Source: Myxococcota bacterium (GTDB lineage Bacteria > Myxococcota_A > SURF-8). From it: 64,000 nt of DNA. The number at the start of each line of letters is the position of its first letter. Within the stretch, counting starts at the first letter, position 1. Made by a program: the position numbers and the translations under genes. Below, piece by piece: positions 1 to 9,807 of this stretch. The notes below the pieces were generated by a model that made no database searches, was not told the DNA's origin, and was given only the letters and a program-made list of their open reading frames with translations. The stretch covers positions 800,001 through 864,000 of the forward strand of contig OZ223209.1 of NCBI GenBank assembly GCA_965140415.1, in the 5' to 3' direction.

Positions 1-1734
1 GATGTACATGTTCCGAGCGGAGAGTTTGGAGGTTGTGAAAACGGGAAGGTGTGGGTTGAAAATCAAATAAAAGAAAAAGTAAAAGGGTATTGTATCGATT
101 ACAAGATGAATGTGGGTCACGATCTCCAAGCGCTTACCTTCACTTTCGGACTTAAAGGCAAAGGGGTTTTTCCTAGAAATGTTCCAAAGGAGATATCTGA
201 TAAAATTATAAATGATGATAGCAGGCACTGGGGGTATTTTGACTATACCATGAAGAAAGTGTCCGTCAGGCCGTATCGAAGGGCCCTGAATTTGAAATCT
301 GAAATTCTTGTGGGTTGTAAATTCCGACCAAAATGTGGCCATGCTGATGATTCGGATATCAAGGTGTTTCGAGAGAATGAAGGAGTAATCGCAGTTGATT
401 ACGGAAATATCGATGAGTGCTACATGTTGTATCCGTTGAAAAACGATTCTGCCGATATTGGCAGTCAAGAAGAAACAGTCGAGACAACACAAAAATTCCT
501 GCAAATCGTAAACGATGACTTGATTTCAAGAGTCGGACGCCAAAACATTAAAACGGAATTGCTGTACGTCAACAAGGAGGACGACCAGTTTCAACCATCC
601 AGTTCAAAAAGGGCCACACCTCCGACTTTGATTTTGGATGATGGTTTGGAACCGTGGAAAGACCATTCAGATTGGAAATTCGCGTACAGAACGAAAACAG
701 ACAATGATAAGAAAAAAGATAAAGATAAGAAAAAAGATAAAGACAAGGAAAACATCTTTGAGATCAGGGACAAAATTATATTCAAGAAGAAAAAAGACGT
801 TGAAATTGAAAAACCGGATGTAAAACCACCTGCGAGCGCAAGCCCGACTACAACCACGACCACAACCACAACCACGAATGCAACCACGAATGCAACCACG
901 AATGCAGCCACGAATGCAGCCGCGAACGAAACCACGAGCGCCACTCCAAACGCAACTGCGAATGCCGCCGCGACTACGAACGCAAGCCCGGACACGATCA
1001 AAAAAGAAGATACCAGCACGAAAGATAAAAATGCCAAAACGGAAAATAAAGACGAGAACGCGAACGAGGATGAAATCGATTTTAATGAACCGATTTATTT
1101 AGCGATCCCGATTCCGATCACGTGCAATGGTACGCAAGTCGTAGACGCCTACGATGTCGTCCGCTTCAGAGCATACTATGCCGACCCGGAGGCCTATGTC
1201 GTGAGCGACGATTCCTTCCCGCAATCGGAGTTCATTCTCGACATTCGAAGAGGGCCGAGACAGAGCCCGCCCGTTGAAAGCAAGGCGAGAATCTTTTTAA
1301 CCGTACCATTGAATCCGGTGATGGTGCGTTATCCGAACTCCGGCATATATTCGGAAAGCAGCGAGGATTACGAAAAGATGGAAACGGCCAGTTTCGGTCT
1401 TGGTTTGCTGATGGTCCTCGAAGGCTGGGATTATGCGCGAAACAGCCAGCTTTTCGTTCTTAACCCGCAACTCCAGTTCGGAGTGTTGACCACTATGGAC
1501 TACAACCTCGCCGGAAATGTCGATCCGCCGAATCTGTCTATCGTAGTCGGACTCGGATTGAGCCTGCCGAATCGCACTTCGCCGGACAGCACCGTGGAAA
1601 TTGCTACCAACCTGAGCTTTTGGTATGAGTTCGGTTTGTTGTGGGAAAGCCGAGCGTGGCGGGAACACAAAAACCCGCACCATGCCTTGCTTATCGGTCT
1701 TGGTTTGCAGTTTTCATCGTTTCCGGAGCATTGA
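1..1734 (+). CDS. Hypothetical protein, probably 5'-truncated, with Lys/Asp and Thr/Ala/Asn low-complexity linkers and a C-terminal amphipathic beta-strand region
   Basis: The frame is open from base 1 (ORF track starts at 49). It contains DKKKDK repeats and TTTT/ATTN repeats. The C-terminus has alternating hydrophobic strands ending GLGLQFSSFPEH. Confidence 0.65.
   Translation, partial: DVHVPSGEFGGCENGKVWVENQIKEKVKGYCIDYKMNVGHDLQALTFTFGLKGKGVFPRNVPKEISDKIINDDSRHWGYFDYTMKKVSVRPYRRALNLKSEILVGCKFRPKCGHADDSDIKVFRENEGVIAVDYGNIDECYMLYPLKNDSADIGSQEETVETTQKFLQIVNDDLISRVGRQNIKTELLYVNKEDDQFQPSSSKRATPPTLILDDGLEPWKDHSDWKFAYRTKTDNDKKKDKDKKKDKDKENIFEIRDKIIFKKKKDVEIEKPDVKPPASASPTTTTTTTTTTNATTNATTNAATNAAANETTSATPNATANAAATTNASPDTIKKEDTSTKDKNAKTENKDENANEDEIDFNEPIYLAIPIPITCNGTQVVDAYDVVRFRAYYADPEAYVVSDDSFPQSEFILDIRRGPRQSPPVESKARIFLTVPLNPVMVRYPNSGIYSESSEDYEKMETASFGLGLLMVLEGWDYARNSQLFVLNPQLQFGVLTTMDYNLAGNVDPPNLSIVVGLGLSLPNRTSPDSTVEIATNLSFWYEFGLLWESRAWREHKNPHHALLIGLGLQFSSFPEH
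706..741 (+). repeat. Perfect 18-bp tandem duplication encoding DKKKDK
   Basis: gataagaaaaaagataaa occurs twice, followed by a degenerate partial third copy. Confidence 0.9.
871..927 (+). repeat. 12-bp coding tandem repeat (TTNA/ATNA)
   Basis: accacgaatgca x3, then gccacgaatgca, then gccgcgaac. Confidence 0.9.
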
Positions 1735-1767
1735 GAAAACAGAAATCTATGAACGTTTGACGCCCCT

Positions 1768-2514
1768 TCAGTTCCGACTCTGTAGAAACTCGTATATATA
1801 CGAGGCAACGTGATCCGCGTAGGTGCCGGGACCGAAGCCGGCATCAAAACCCAGTTCGATGGCCAGTTGATGGCTAATGCGCGGACCGCCGACGATCATG
1901 ATCATCTGCTCGCGAATGCCGAAGCTTTCCGCCAGTTCGATGAATTCCGTCAGGTTTTGAATGTGGGCGTCTTTCTGGGTGACGACCTGCGACACCAGGA
2001 TGGCGTCGGCTTTCATATCGATGGCCTTGCGGATCAACTGCTCGTTGGGAACCTGGCTGCCCAGGTTGAGCGCGTCGAAAGATGGGTAACGCTCCAGCCC
2101 GTAATGGAAGTTATAGCCCTTCATGTTCATGATGGCGTCGATGCCGACCGTGTGCGCATCCGAACCGGTGCAGGCGCCCACAACGACGATTTCACGTCCC
2201 AGATTCTCCTGGATCAGTTTGTTGACCTGTTCGAATGAATAATGCTTGGTATCGACTTTGGGGACATGAATGGCGGTTAAATCCACATCGTGCGTGCATT
2301 TTCCGTAAACGACATAGAAACTGAATCCGTTTTTCAAGTCGCCCTGATGCACCACCGATGCTTCGGCCAGTCCCATCTTCTCAGCCAGTAACAGCGCGGC
2401 CTGCTTCGAGTTTTCATCCGCCGGGGTCGGCAGGGTAAAGGAAAGCTGCATCGCGCCGTCGTTTAAGGTGTCGCCGTAGGGTTTGACGTGTTTCAAATCG
2501 ATCTGCATAGCCAA
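1768..2514 (-). CDS. kamE: Lysine 5,6-aminomutase beta subunit (B12- and PLP-binding)
   Basis: VKPYGDTLNDGAMQLSFTLP dimerisation domain, cobalamin motif DAHTVG, PLP lysine in MNMKGY, GFGPGT; follows kamD. Confidence 0.95.
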   Translation of the reverse strand: MAMQIDLKHVKPYGDTLNDGAMQLSFTLPTPADENSKQAALLLAEKMGLAEASVVHQGDLKNGFSFYVVYGKCTHDVDLTAIHVPKVDTKHYSFEQVNKLIQENLGREIVVVGACTGSDAHTVGIDAIMNMKGYNFHYGLERYPSFDALNLGSQVPNEQLIRKAIDMKADAILVSQVVTQKDAHIQNLTEFIELAESFGIREQMIMIVGGPRISHQLAIELGFDAGFGPGTYADHVASYIYEFLQSRN

Positions 2515-2518
2515 CCTC

Positions 2519-4099
2519 CTAATCCACCACGGCGGTCAATTCACGCCGGAACACGTCGAGCATCGGATTATAGTAGCCCTGCCGCTTGGGAGCGACGCCC
2601 GACAGCCCCTTGCCGCCATCTTTGGCGCGCTTGACATCGGCAAAGCGACCCTTGGCGATGCTTTCCATCAGACCGCTGCTCTTGACTTCCTGCAACAGTT
2701 CGATGGTTTCACCAAGTACTTTATGGGCGCGCGTCTGCACGATGCCGCCTTCTTTAATGACCATCTCCTTGCCGATGCTCTTCACGGCGTTCATCACCAG
2801 TTTGGCGTTTTCCAGCGCCAGGTAACGGTCCTGGATAAACGGTGTGTGCAGGGCTTCGGTGAGCATGCCCAATAGCTGAATGCCCTGGCCGGTCCACTGC
2901 GATACGAGGTTGAACAGCGCATTCAACATGTACGCGCGGAAGATGTCGCCGGTGATATGCTTGGTCGGCGGCATGTATTTCAGTGGATGATCCGGGAAGA
3001 CTTCCCGCACCAGTAGCGCCATAGCCAGTTCCAGCAGGAAGCTGTCTTCGATTTCCGGTTTGATTTCATAGGCGTGGCCCAGGCCCATCAAAGATGGTTT
3101 CAGCCCGGAATTATAGGCGAACTGTTCGTTGATCAGATCGCTGGCCAAAACCGTATTTCCGGCTTCCACGGCGTCGGCGGTGGTCAGGTAGTTGTCCTCG
3201 CCGGTGTTGATCATCACACCCGCCAGCGCGTTGATCATGCGCGAGAAATGCTGGTCGCAGAAGGTGCGGTACATGTTGATGTCGCGGAAGAGGATGCCGT
3301 ACATGCTGTCGTTCAGCATCATGTCCAGCCGTTCCAACGCGCCCATGGCAGCGATTTCCGGCATGCACAAACCGCTGGCGTAATTGACCAGACGGATGTA
3401 GCGTCCAAGCTTTTCGCCGACTTCGTCTAATGCGCGGCGCATGATCTCGAAGTTTTCCTGGGTGGCGTAGGTGCCGCCGAAGCCTTCGGTCGTCAATCCG
3501 TAAGGGACATAGTCGAGCAGGCTTTGTGCGGTGGCGCGAATAACCGCGATGATATCCGCTCCCTGCTCGGCGTGGCGGGTGGCCTGTTCGATGTCTTCGT
3601 GGATGTTGCCGGTGGCGACGATGACGTAAAGCAGGGGACGATCTCGCGGAGGCTCCGCCGCGATCTTTTCCTCGCGCAGGCGACGATTTTCGGCGATGCG
3701 CTGTAATTGGGGAGCCAGCAGTTCATTGGCTTTGGCGTAGATCTGCTCGGGTGGCACTTTCTCCAAATCCAGCAGGTCGATCTCGCCGCGTCCCACCGCC
3801 AGAGCCAGTTCCTTCGGTTCGAGACCGGTGCGCAATAGCCCGCGCACAAAGGGTTCGGTCGCGCCTTCGCCCAAATGGCGCTTGATGGCGTCCACCACTA
3901 CATTAGGTAAGGGTTCGCCCTGGTCGTTGATGCCTTTCAGGCCCAGCAGCCGCAAGGTGGTGCGCTCGATCGTTACGGTGGTGTGACGATTGATGTAGCC
4001 CTGGATGTCGTCGGCGATATTCTTGGCCAGCTCGCGCGCGAGTTCGATGTCAACGGGGTTCAGATTCAGCAGTCCAGCAGTCGCACGTGCAGCATTCAC
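2519..4099 (-). CDS. kamD: Lysine 5,6-aminomutase alpha subunit
   Basis: Motifs YVIVATGNIHEDI, QSLLDYVPYG.TTEGFGGTYATQENF, NYASGLCMPEIA, INTGEDNY, LKYMPPTK. Confidence 0.95.
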   Translation of the reverse strand: MNAARATAGLLNLNPVDIELARELAKNIADDIQGYINRHTTVTIERTTLRLLGLKGINDQGEPLPNVVVDAIKRHLGEGATEPFVRGLLRTGLEPKELALAVGRGEIDLLDLEKVPPEQIYAKANELLAPQLQRIAENRRLREEKIAAEPPRDRPLLYVIVATGNIHEDIEQATRHAEQGADIIAVIRATAQSLLDYVPYGLTTEGFGGTYATQENFEIMRRALDEVGEKLGRYIRLVNYASGLCMPEIAAMGALERLDMMLNDSMYGILFRDINMYRTFCDQHFSRMINALAGVMINTGEDNYLTTADAVEAGNTVLASDLINEQFAYNSGLKPSLMGLGHAYEIKPEIEDSFLLELAMALLVREVFPDHPLKYMPPTKHITGDIFRAYMLNALFNLVSQWTGQGIQLLGMLTEALHTPFIQDRYLALENAKLVMNAVKSIGKEMVIKEGGIVQTRAHKVLGETIELLQEVKSSGLMESIAKGRFADVKRAKDGGKGLSGVAPKRQGYYNPMLDVFRRELTAVVD

Positions 4100-4101
4100 G
4101 A

Positions 4102-5718
4102 TCAGCCTCCCTGGTGTTTTAACAAGTCACGGGCCTGCGCGATGATTTCGGTTTCCAGTCCCAGTAATTCAGCCACATCCAGGGCGTCGCTTTTGGCTGT
4201 ATCGCCCTGTTGCGCCGGAATGACGCGGTAGTCCATCAGTTGATGCAGGGGCGGCTTTGCGCTGCCCTGCTGCTCGCGCCAGCGTGCCAGCGCCTGATGA
4301 TCCAATCCCGCCATGGCCAGCGCCGTCACTTCTGCTCCGCCCAGTCCATCTAAATGGGAAGCCATCAGCAGGGCGGAAGGAGACTGGCGCACGGTGTCCA
4401 GAATGGCCTGAACCAGCGCCCGGCCTTCGGCCACTCCCGTGGTGCGTCCGGGTTCGTCGAGCAGGTAGAGAATCGTTTTGTTTCGATCCGGAAGAGCCTG
4501 GCGCAGGCGGTCGATTTCACGGCCAAAGGCAGACAGGCCGCCGATTTCCTGACTTGCGGGTCCGATGGCTTCCACGCGCGAAAAGAGATGGGTCGTAAAG
4601 CCTTGCGCCGGAACGAACATTCCGAGTTGCGTCAGCGTTTGCAACCAGCCAACGGTCTGTAATACCACCGTTTTTCCGCCCATGTTCGGGCCGCCTAAGA
4701 CCGCGCAGGATACATTCAAATTCAAGGTCAACGGGGTGTAATCCGCGTCCGATTGCTCCACCCATTCTTCCACCAGCACGTGTCGTGCTTCGCGGATTCG
4801 AATCGAGCTTTTCCCATTGCTGCTGATCTCAGGCTGCACCGCGTTCCAGTTGCTGGCCAGATTGGCCATGGCAAACAGCAGGTCCAGCCGCGCCAGCTTG
4901 TCTTCTTCTTCCCGCCAGGCGGTTTCGTTCGGTTGCTGCTGTTGCTGGATGGACTGGTAGATCTCATTCTCGATGCGATGTTCATCCACCAGCAGATCGG
5001 ACAGGCGCCCGCGCAGTTCGGCCAGTTGCGGTCCTTCAAGCGCTTTGAATGTCACCGTGGTGATGGATTCATCCGCCAGCATCAGTTCGTCGTCGTGCTT
5101 CAGTCGCTCCAGGCGTTGGGTGTCGCTGCGGTCGATGACCCAGGCGGCGTTGGTTTCCGGCAATTCGTGCCGCTTGGCCAGTCGCTTTCTTGCCTCTTGC
5201 TCCTGTTCGGCGATCTGAACCTGAATGTTCCGAATCTGTTCGCGAACTTTCGATAACGACGGGTTGGAATCGTCTTTAAGATAGTAGCGGATTTCGAAGA
5301 CATCCACCGGCAGCCCGTCCGAAAGCGCATCCGCCGCCTTCAATTGGAGCCAGCCGGACAACAGGTCGTTGTCTTTCAAGCTGTCTCGCAGTGCCTGATG
5401 GTTCCTTCTGAAACGCAATAGCAGGGCGATTTCCGCCTGGCCCCAGTTCATGTCCCACAATGGCGCGATGCGCGGCAGGTCGTTTAGATGATGCCGGATG
5501 CGGTCGCAGGTTTCGGGCCAGTGTTGCAGCATTTCCAGCGCTTCCTGCAAGCGTTGTTGATGCTCGCACAGCGCGTCTTCCTCGCCTGCAACGAAGGCGG
5601 TCAGCCGTCTGGCCAGAAACTGCCCCGGTTCCGAAATCGGGAGGAGTTGCTTCAGGCTGCGGTCCACTCCCAGTAACCGGGCGCTGTCCCGGTTGATGAA
5701 TTCATGTAGCGCTTTCAT
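4102..5718 (-). CDS. kamC: MutS-domain-V ATPase, putative aminomutase reactivase subunit
   Basis: Walker A GPNMGGKT, LSAFGRE, Walker B LLDEPGRTT and ASH motif; no mismatch-binding domain; sits between kamB and kamD. Confidence 0.8.
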   Translation of the reverse strand: MKALHEFINRDSARLLGVDRSLKQLLPISEPGQFLARRLTAFVAGEEDALCEHQQRLQEALEMLQHWPETCDRIRHHLNDLPRIAPLWDMNWGQAEIALLLRFRRNHQALRDSLKDNDLLSGWLQLKAADALSDGLPVDVFEIRYYLKDDSNPSLSKVREQIRNIQVQIAEQEQEARKRLAKRHELPETNAAWVIDRSDTQRLERLKHDDELMLADESITTVTFKALEGPQLAELRGRLSDLLVDEHRIENEIYQSIQQQQQPNETAWREEEDKLARLDLLFAMANLASNWNAVQPEISSNGKSSIRIREARHVLVEEWVEQSDADYTPLTLNLNVSCAVLGGPNMGGKTVVLQTVGWLQTLTQLGMFVPAQGFTTHLFSRVEAIGPASQEIGGLSAFGREIDRLRQALPDRNKTILYLLDEPGRTTGVAEGRALVQAILDTVRQSPSALLMASHLDGLGGAEVTALAMAGLDHQALARWREQQGSAKPPLHQLMDYRVIPAQQGDTAKSDALDVAELLGLETEIIAQARDLLKHQGG

Positions 5719-6724
5719 CTTTGCCTTCTCTTTCAGGTTCGATCAGCCAGGGATCGAAACAGGGAATCTCGTTCAAGCGGGATCGTAACGCGCGCAGGGT
5801 CGCTATCGGCGGCAGGCTGCGTTGTTCCCCACCATTGGTGCGCAATGAAACGAACACCAGTTCGGGACGCACACCCAGTTGGATTGCCAGACCGCGCCGC
5901 TTTAATTGCTCGATGCGCCTGGGTGGTACGAAAATGCGGGAGGGGTCATCGACGATGATGCAACGGCAGCCGGCGTCAAGCAGCACTTCGGATAGCAGCG
6001 GCGTAAACGGTCCGCCGATCCAGACGCTTTCCACATGTTCCGGAAGCTCACCGGCTTCCACCGCATGGCGGGTCACACAGTCCCAGTTGCCGTTTGGCAG
6101 GGCGAAGGCGACTTCGTCGCCGTCCAGATGTTTCGGGCGCTTGAGTGTGGTTTCGTCCAGGTAATACAGGGAAACCTGGCCTTCGATTTCCGCCGTCAGC
6201 GCCTCGGTGGATTGATGGGGCCGGGGACGAAAAGCCAGACCGACCTGACAACCGGGAAACGCGGAGATGGGCGTTCGACGGTCGGCGGCGCCATCGACCA
6301 GCACGCGTCTTACACCTAAGGAGTGAATGCGCGTGATGATGGCAGCCAGCATGGCGACCGAAGGCGCTCCAACCAGTTCCACTTCGCCGCTGCGCACACA
6401 GCGACCCAGCACCAGACGCCCTGCCTGTCCGCGCTGGGAGTCGGACCAGAGCAGTTCGAAGCGCGCGCTGGAACGGGTCAATAGATCCGCCGCTGTCAAT
6501 ACGATGTCATTCGGATAGGCGGTTACACGCGGCTTTTCTCCACCGGTAAGATGATCCCGGCCTTCGCCGTCCCAGCCGGTAGTCACCAGACCAAAGCCGA
6601 TCTGGCCGCTGAGTTGCATTTCCGCTCGCAGATGATTCAAGGTTACGGTTTTCCCCGCGTTTTTCTCCGAACCGACGATGAACAGCGGTTTCGAAGACGC
6701 GAGCATGGTTTGGGGGGCAAGCAT
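5702..6724 (-). CDS. kamB: P-loop-like protein, putative aminomutase reactivase partner (KamB-like)
   Basis: GSEKNAGKTVTLN, TTGWDGEGRD..T..EKP, VLVDGAADR; overlaps the kamC start; expected position in kam clusters. Confidence 0.7.
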   Translation of the reverse strand: MLAPQTMLASSKPLFIVGSEKNAGKTVTLNHLRAEMQLSGQIGFGLVTTGWDGEGRDHLTGGEKPRVTAYPNDIVLTAADLLTRSSARFELLWSDSQRGQAGRLVLGRCVRSGEVELVGAPSVAMLAAIITRIHSLGVRRVLVDGAADRRTPISAFPGCQVGLAFRPRPHQSTEALTAEIEGQVSLYYLDETTLKRPKHLDGDEVAFALPNGNWDCVTRHAVEAGELPEHVESVWIGGPFTPLLSEVLLDAGCRCIIVDDPSRIFVPPRRIEQLKRRGLAIQLGVRPELVFVSLRTNGGEQRSLPPIATLRALRSRLNEIPCFDPWLIEPEREGKDESAT

Positions 6725-6845
6725 GAATCCGGCCTCTCTCGAAAGGGAGTAAAGCGCTTAATGTGTATATCGCACCGTTACTTCGTTTGCCATGGTTTTC
6801 ACAGCAGCTTGCTATTATTGCCTATTCTGCACTACTATTGTGATT

Positions 6846-6914
6846 GGGTGCCATGGGCAAAGCGAAGCTTGCCCATGCCGATCACGGGCAAGCTTCGCTT
6901 CGCCCGCGCCACCC
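6846..6914. repeat. REP-like inverted doublet (GGGTG...CACCC class)
   Basis: gggtgccatgggcaaagcgaagcttgcccatg...cacgggcaagcttcgcttcgcccgcgccaccc; related copy at 50791-50882. Confidence 0.75.
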
Positions 6915-6961
6915 TTCCATTGAAAGGCATAGCGATATCTACAGTAGTCCAGCGCTTGTCC

Positions 6962-7032
6962 TGTCATTCCCGCGTAGACGGGAATCCAGAATGAAAACAA
7001 AGAACTGGCCCCCCGCCTGCGCGGGGGTGACA
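6962..7032. repeat. REP-like inverted doublet (TGTC/CGTC class)
   Basis: tgtcattcccgcgtagacgggaatccag ... ctggccccccgcctgcgcgggggtgaca: two hairpins in inverted orientation. Confidence 0.8.
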
Positions 7033-7076
7033 GCATAGGTGAATCGCTGAGATCAAAGAACAACCAGTCTAACGCA

Positions 7077-8330
7077 CTACTCTTCCCGTTTTTTCCGATT
7101 CGGAACCGGTCCGATATTCAGGTTCTTGGATGAGGCTTCTTCGATCATCCAGGCCGGCCCTTCCTTCGGAGCGTATTTCGGATTGCGCGGCAGGCGCGGG
7201 AAATCTTGATCCGCCTCGGTTTCCTGGTTTTCCACGTAGCGGCTGATGGTGCCCTCGAAATTGCGTAGGATCGTTACGCCGGGTGCCTGGGAAATCAGGT
7301 AGTTGGGCATCACCGGAATTTTGCCGCCGCCGCCGGGTGCGTCCACCACGAAGGTCGGTACCGCCATGCCGGAGGTATGACCGCGCAAAGCTTCGATGAT
7401 TTCGATGCCTTTGGACACCGGCGTGCGGAAATGCCCGATACCAATGGATAAATCGCATTGATACAGGTAGTAGGGCCGGACGCGCATCTTCAACAATCCA
7501 TGCACCAGTTCCTTCATGACGTACGGATTGTCATTGACGTGGCGCAGCAGAACCGATTGATTTGCAACCGGAATACCGTGATCTGCCAGTTTGGCGCAGG
7601 CCGCGCGGGCTTCTTCCGTCAATTCTTTCGGATGATTGAAATGCGTGTTAACGAACACCGGCTGGTAACGTTGAATGATTTCGCACAGTTCGTCGGTGAT
7701 ACGCATGGGCATGACCACCGGGGTGCGCGTGCCGATACGGATGATTTCCACGTGTTCGATGGCGCGTATGCGCTTTAAAATGTCTTCGATGCGGCCATCG
7801 GCCAACGTCAGCGGATCGCCGCCGGAAATGATGACATCGCGCACTTCTTCGTGCTCGGAGATGTAATCGATGGCGCGATCCAGATAATCTTTACCGATAT
7901 CGGCGTCGTGCTCGCCCACCAACCGGCGGCGCGTGCAATGGCGGCAGTACATCGAGCAGATTTCCGTCACCAGCAGCAGCACCCGGTCGGGATAACGATG
8001 CGTCAAGCCCGGCACCGGGGAGTCTTCGTCTTCGGCGAGCGGATCTTCCAGATCGTTGGGTGATTTTTCCACTTCCAGGGCTCGCGGCACCGCTTGCAGG
8101 CGCACCGGGCAGGCAGGGTCTTGCGGATCGATCAAACTCGCGTAATAGGGGGTAATCGCCATGCGAAAACGTTGCAGGCTTTTCAATACGCCTTGCTCGT
8201 CCTGCTCGCTCAGCGGAATCACATGCTTCAGCTCTTCAACCGTTTTGATGCGATGGCTGATCTGCCATTTCCAGTCGTTCCACTGTTCGGCGGTGACGTT
8301 CTCCCAAGTTTCCGTGTCCTTTTGGGCCAT
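7077..8330 (-). CDS. kamA: L-lysine 2,3-aminomutase (radical SAM, PLP)
   Basis: [49 protein letters not shown] 8330 follows GAAGGAG (ORF track start 8351). Confidence 0.95.
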   Translation of the reverse strand: MAQKDTETWENVTAEQWNDWKWQISHRIKTVEELKHVIPLSEQDEQGVLKSLQRFRMAITPYYASLIDPQDPACPVRLQAVPRALEVEKSPNDLEDPLAEDEDSPVPGLTHRYPDRVLLLVTEICSMYCRHCTRRRLVGEHDADIGKDYLDRAIDYISEHEEVRDVIISGGDPLTLADGRIEDILKRIRAIEHVEIIRIGTRTPVVMPMRITDELCEIIQRYQPVFVNTHFNHPKELTEEARAACAKLADHGIPVANQSVLLRHVNDNPYVMKELVHGLLKMRVRPYYLYQCDLSIGIGHFRTPVSKGIEIIEALRGHTSGMAVPTFVVDAPGGGGKIPVMPNYLISQAPGVTILRNFEGTISRYVENQETEADQDFPRLPRNPKYAPKEGPAWMIEEASSKNLNIGPVPNRKKREE

Positions 8331-8355
8331 TGGGGCGTCTCCTTCCTTCACTGAT

Positions 8356-9405
8356 TTATAAATAACGCTTCTCGAACTCCGTGCGGATGTAGCTGCTTTC
8401 GCGTAGCAGTTCCAAGGTGATCAAGGCATGATTTTTGGTATAGCCGTTACCGATGATCATGTTGATGTCCTTGCCGACGCCTTCCGCACCCAGCGCCGCT
8501 TTGGTGAAGCTGGTGGCCATCGAGAAAAAGTAGACCGTGCCGCCTTCCTTGCAGGGCAGGATCGATCCCATTTCGCAGTCGGGCATGTTCACGCAGTTGA
8601 TGACCACATCCACGCCTTCGCCATTCGTAACGGCTTCCACCTTTTCCAGCAGATCCACCGCTTCTACAGCGCTGCCGGTCACGATTTTGTCCACGAACGG
8701 GGCGTTTCGCAAAACTTCGATGTTTTTGGCGCTGTGCTTGACGCCGATGACTTTGCCGGTCACACCCGCCCGGCGTTTTGCCTCGTAGCAGCACAACAAG
8801 CCGCTTTTACCCGCCGCACCGATAATCAGTACGTTGTCGCCCGGCTTCACCAAGCGGGCGGTCTGTGCGGGAGCACCGGCTACGTCTAGAACGGCCAGCG
8901 CCAGCTTTTCCGGAATATCTTCGGGAAGTTTGGCGTAAATGCCGCTTTCGAACAGAATGGCCTGCCCGACGATGTCCACCTGGTCCATGCCCTGGCGGAT
9001 TTCCTTGATCTCATCGATGCGCAACGGCGTCAATGACAAGGAGACCAAGCTGGCGATTTTATCGCCCGGCTTCAGATCGATTTTATCTTTGAGCGCATCG
9101 CCAACCTGTTTGACTGTACCGATAAACATGCCGCCGCTTCCGGTCACCGGATTTTTATGTTTGCCGAATTGAGCGACGATACCCAGCATGATTTCGCGGA
9201 TTTTGGCGTCGTCCCCTTCTGCCTGCTGCTTGATCTGCGTGAAACTGGCGGAATCGACGTTCAACGTGTGGACGTCGATCAGGATTTCGTTGTCATACAG
9301 AACAGTTAGATCATTGTTGATTTTCAAAGCCGGTTGGGGCAGAACGCCCTTCGGTTCGATGACACGATGCGTTCCGTAACGATTTCCTTTGGGTTGTGCG
9401 CTCAT
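8356..9405 (-). CDS. kdd: L-erythro-3,5-diaminohexanoate dehydrogenase
   Basis: [63 protein letters not shown] 9405 follows AGGAGAGAGGTG. Confidence 0.93.
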   Translation of the reverse strand: MSAQPKGNRYGTHRVIEPKGVLPQPALKINNDLTVLYDNEILIDVHTLNVDSASFTQIKQQAEGDDAKIREIMLGIVAQFGKHKNPVTGSGGMFIGTVKQVGDALKDKIDLKPGDKIASLVSLSLTPLRIDEIKEIRQGMDQVDIVGQAILFESGIYAKLPEDIPEKLALAVLDVAGAPAQTARLVKPGDNVLIIGAAGKSGLLCCYEAKRRAGVTGKVIGVKHSAKNIEVLRNAPFVDKIVTGSAVEAVDLLEKVEAVTNGEGVDVVINCVNMPDCEMGSILPCKEGGTVYFFSMATSFTKAALGAEGVGKDINMIIGNGYTKNHALITLELLRESSYIRTEFEKRYL

Positions 9406-9807
9406 CACCTCTCTCCTTTTTTTCAGCAGACTAACATGTTCAGCTTCGAGGTTCAACCATCGATTCGGCGGGGGGAGTTACGCAAGCAAATTGCAGGTTT
9501 TCCCGCCACCCCAAGCGGTATACTCTTTACAGGCGAATGCCTGCCTGTCAAGCAAAGTTTTCGATATCTTTTCGGGGGATTACGCGGCTAAAACAAGCGC
9601 GTGAAAAGATGGCTGCATTGACGATGAAGGCAAGGCGTTAGAATCCGGCTTGTTGCTCGTGCTTTCCTTAAGCGAGTTTCTTGCGTAGATGGCAAAAATG
9701 CAGTATTAATCATGAGATCTAATCATGTGCGGGATTGCAGACTGTCTTTAAACCGCAAGCTGCGAAAGCCGCTGAATGTACAGCTTCTTTTTGGGGAAAT
9801 CGAAATT

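Noticed and set aside
4102-5718. Mismatch-repair MutS or MutS2
   Set aside because: No mismatch-binding or Smr domain was seen, and the kam context indicates a KamC-type protein
6962-6990. Neisseria dRS3-like ATTCCC-N8-GGGAAT as evidence of transfer
   Set aside because: It is better explained as one arm of a widespread TGTC/CGTC-class REP doublet
9406-9807. Lysine or cobalamin riboswitch, or sigma-54 promoter, upstream of kdd
   Set aside because: No recognisable aptamer core; the TGGC...TGCA candidate has 11 rather than 10 nt between GG and GC
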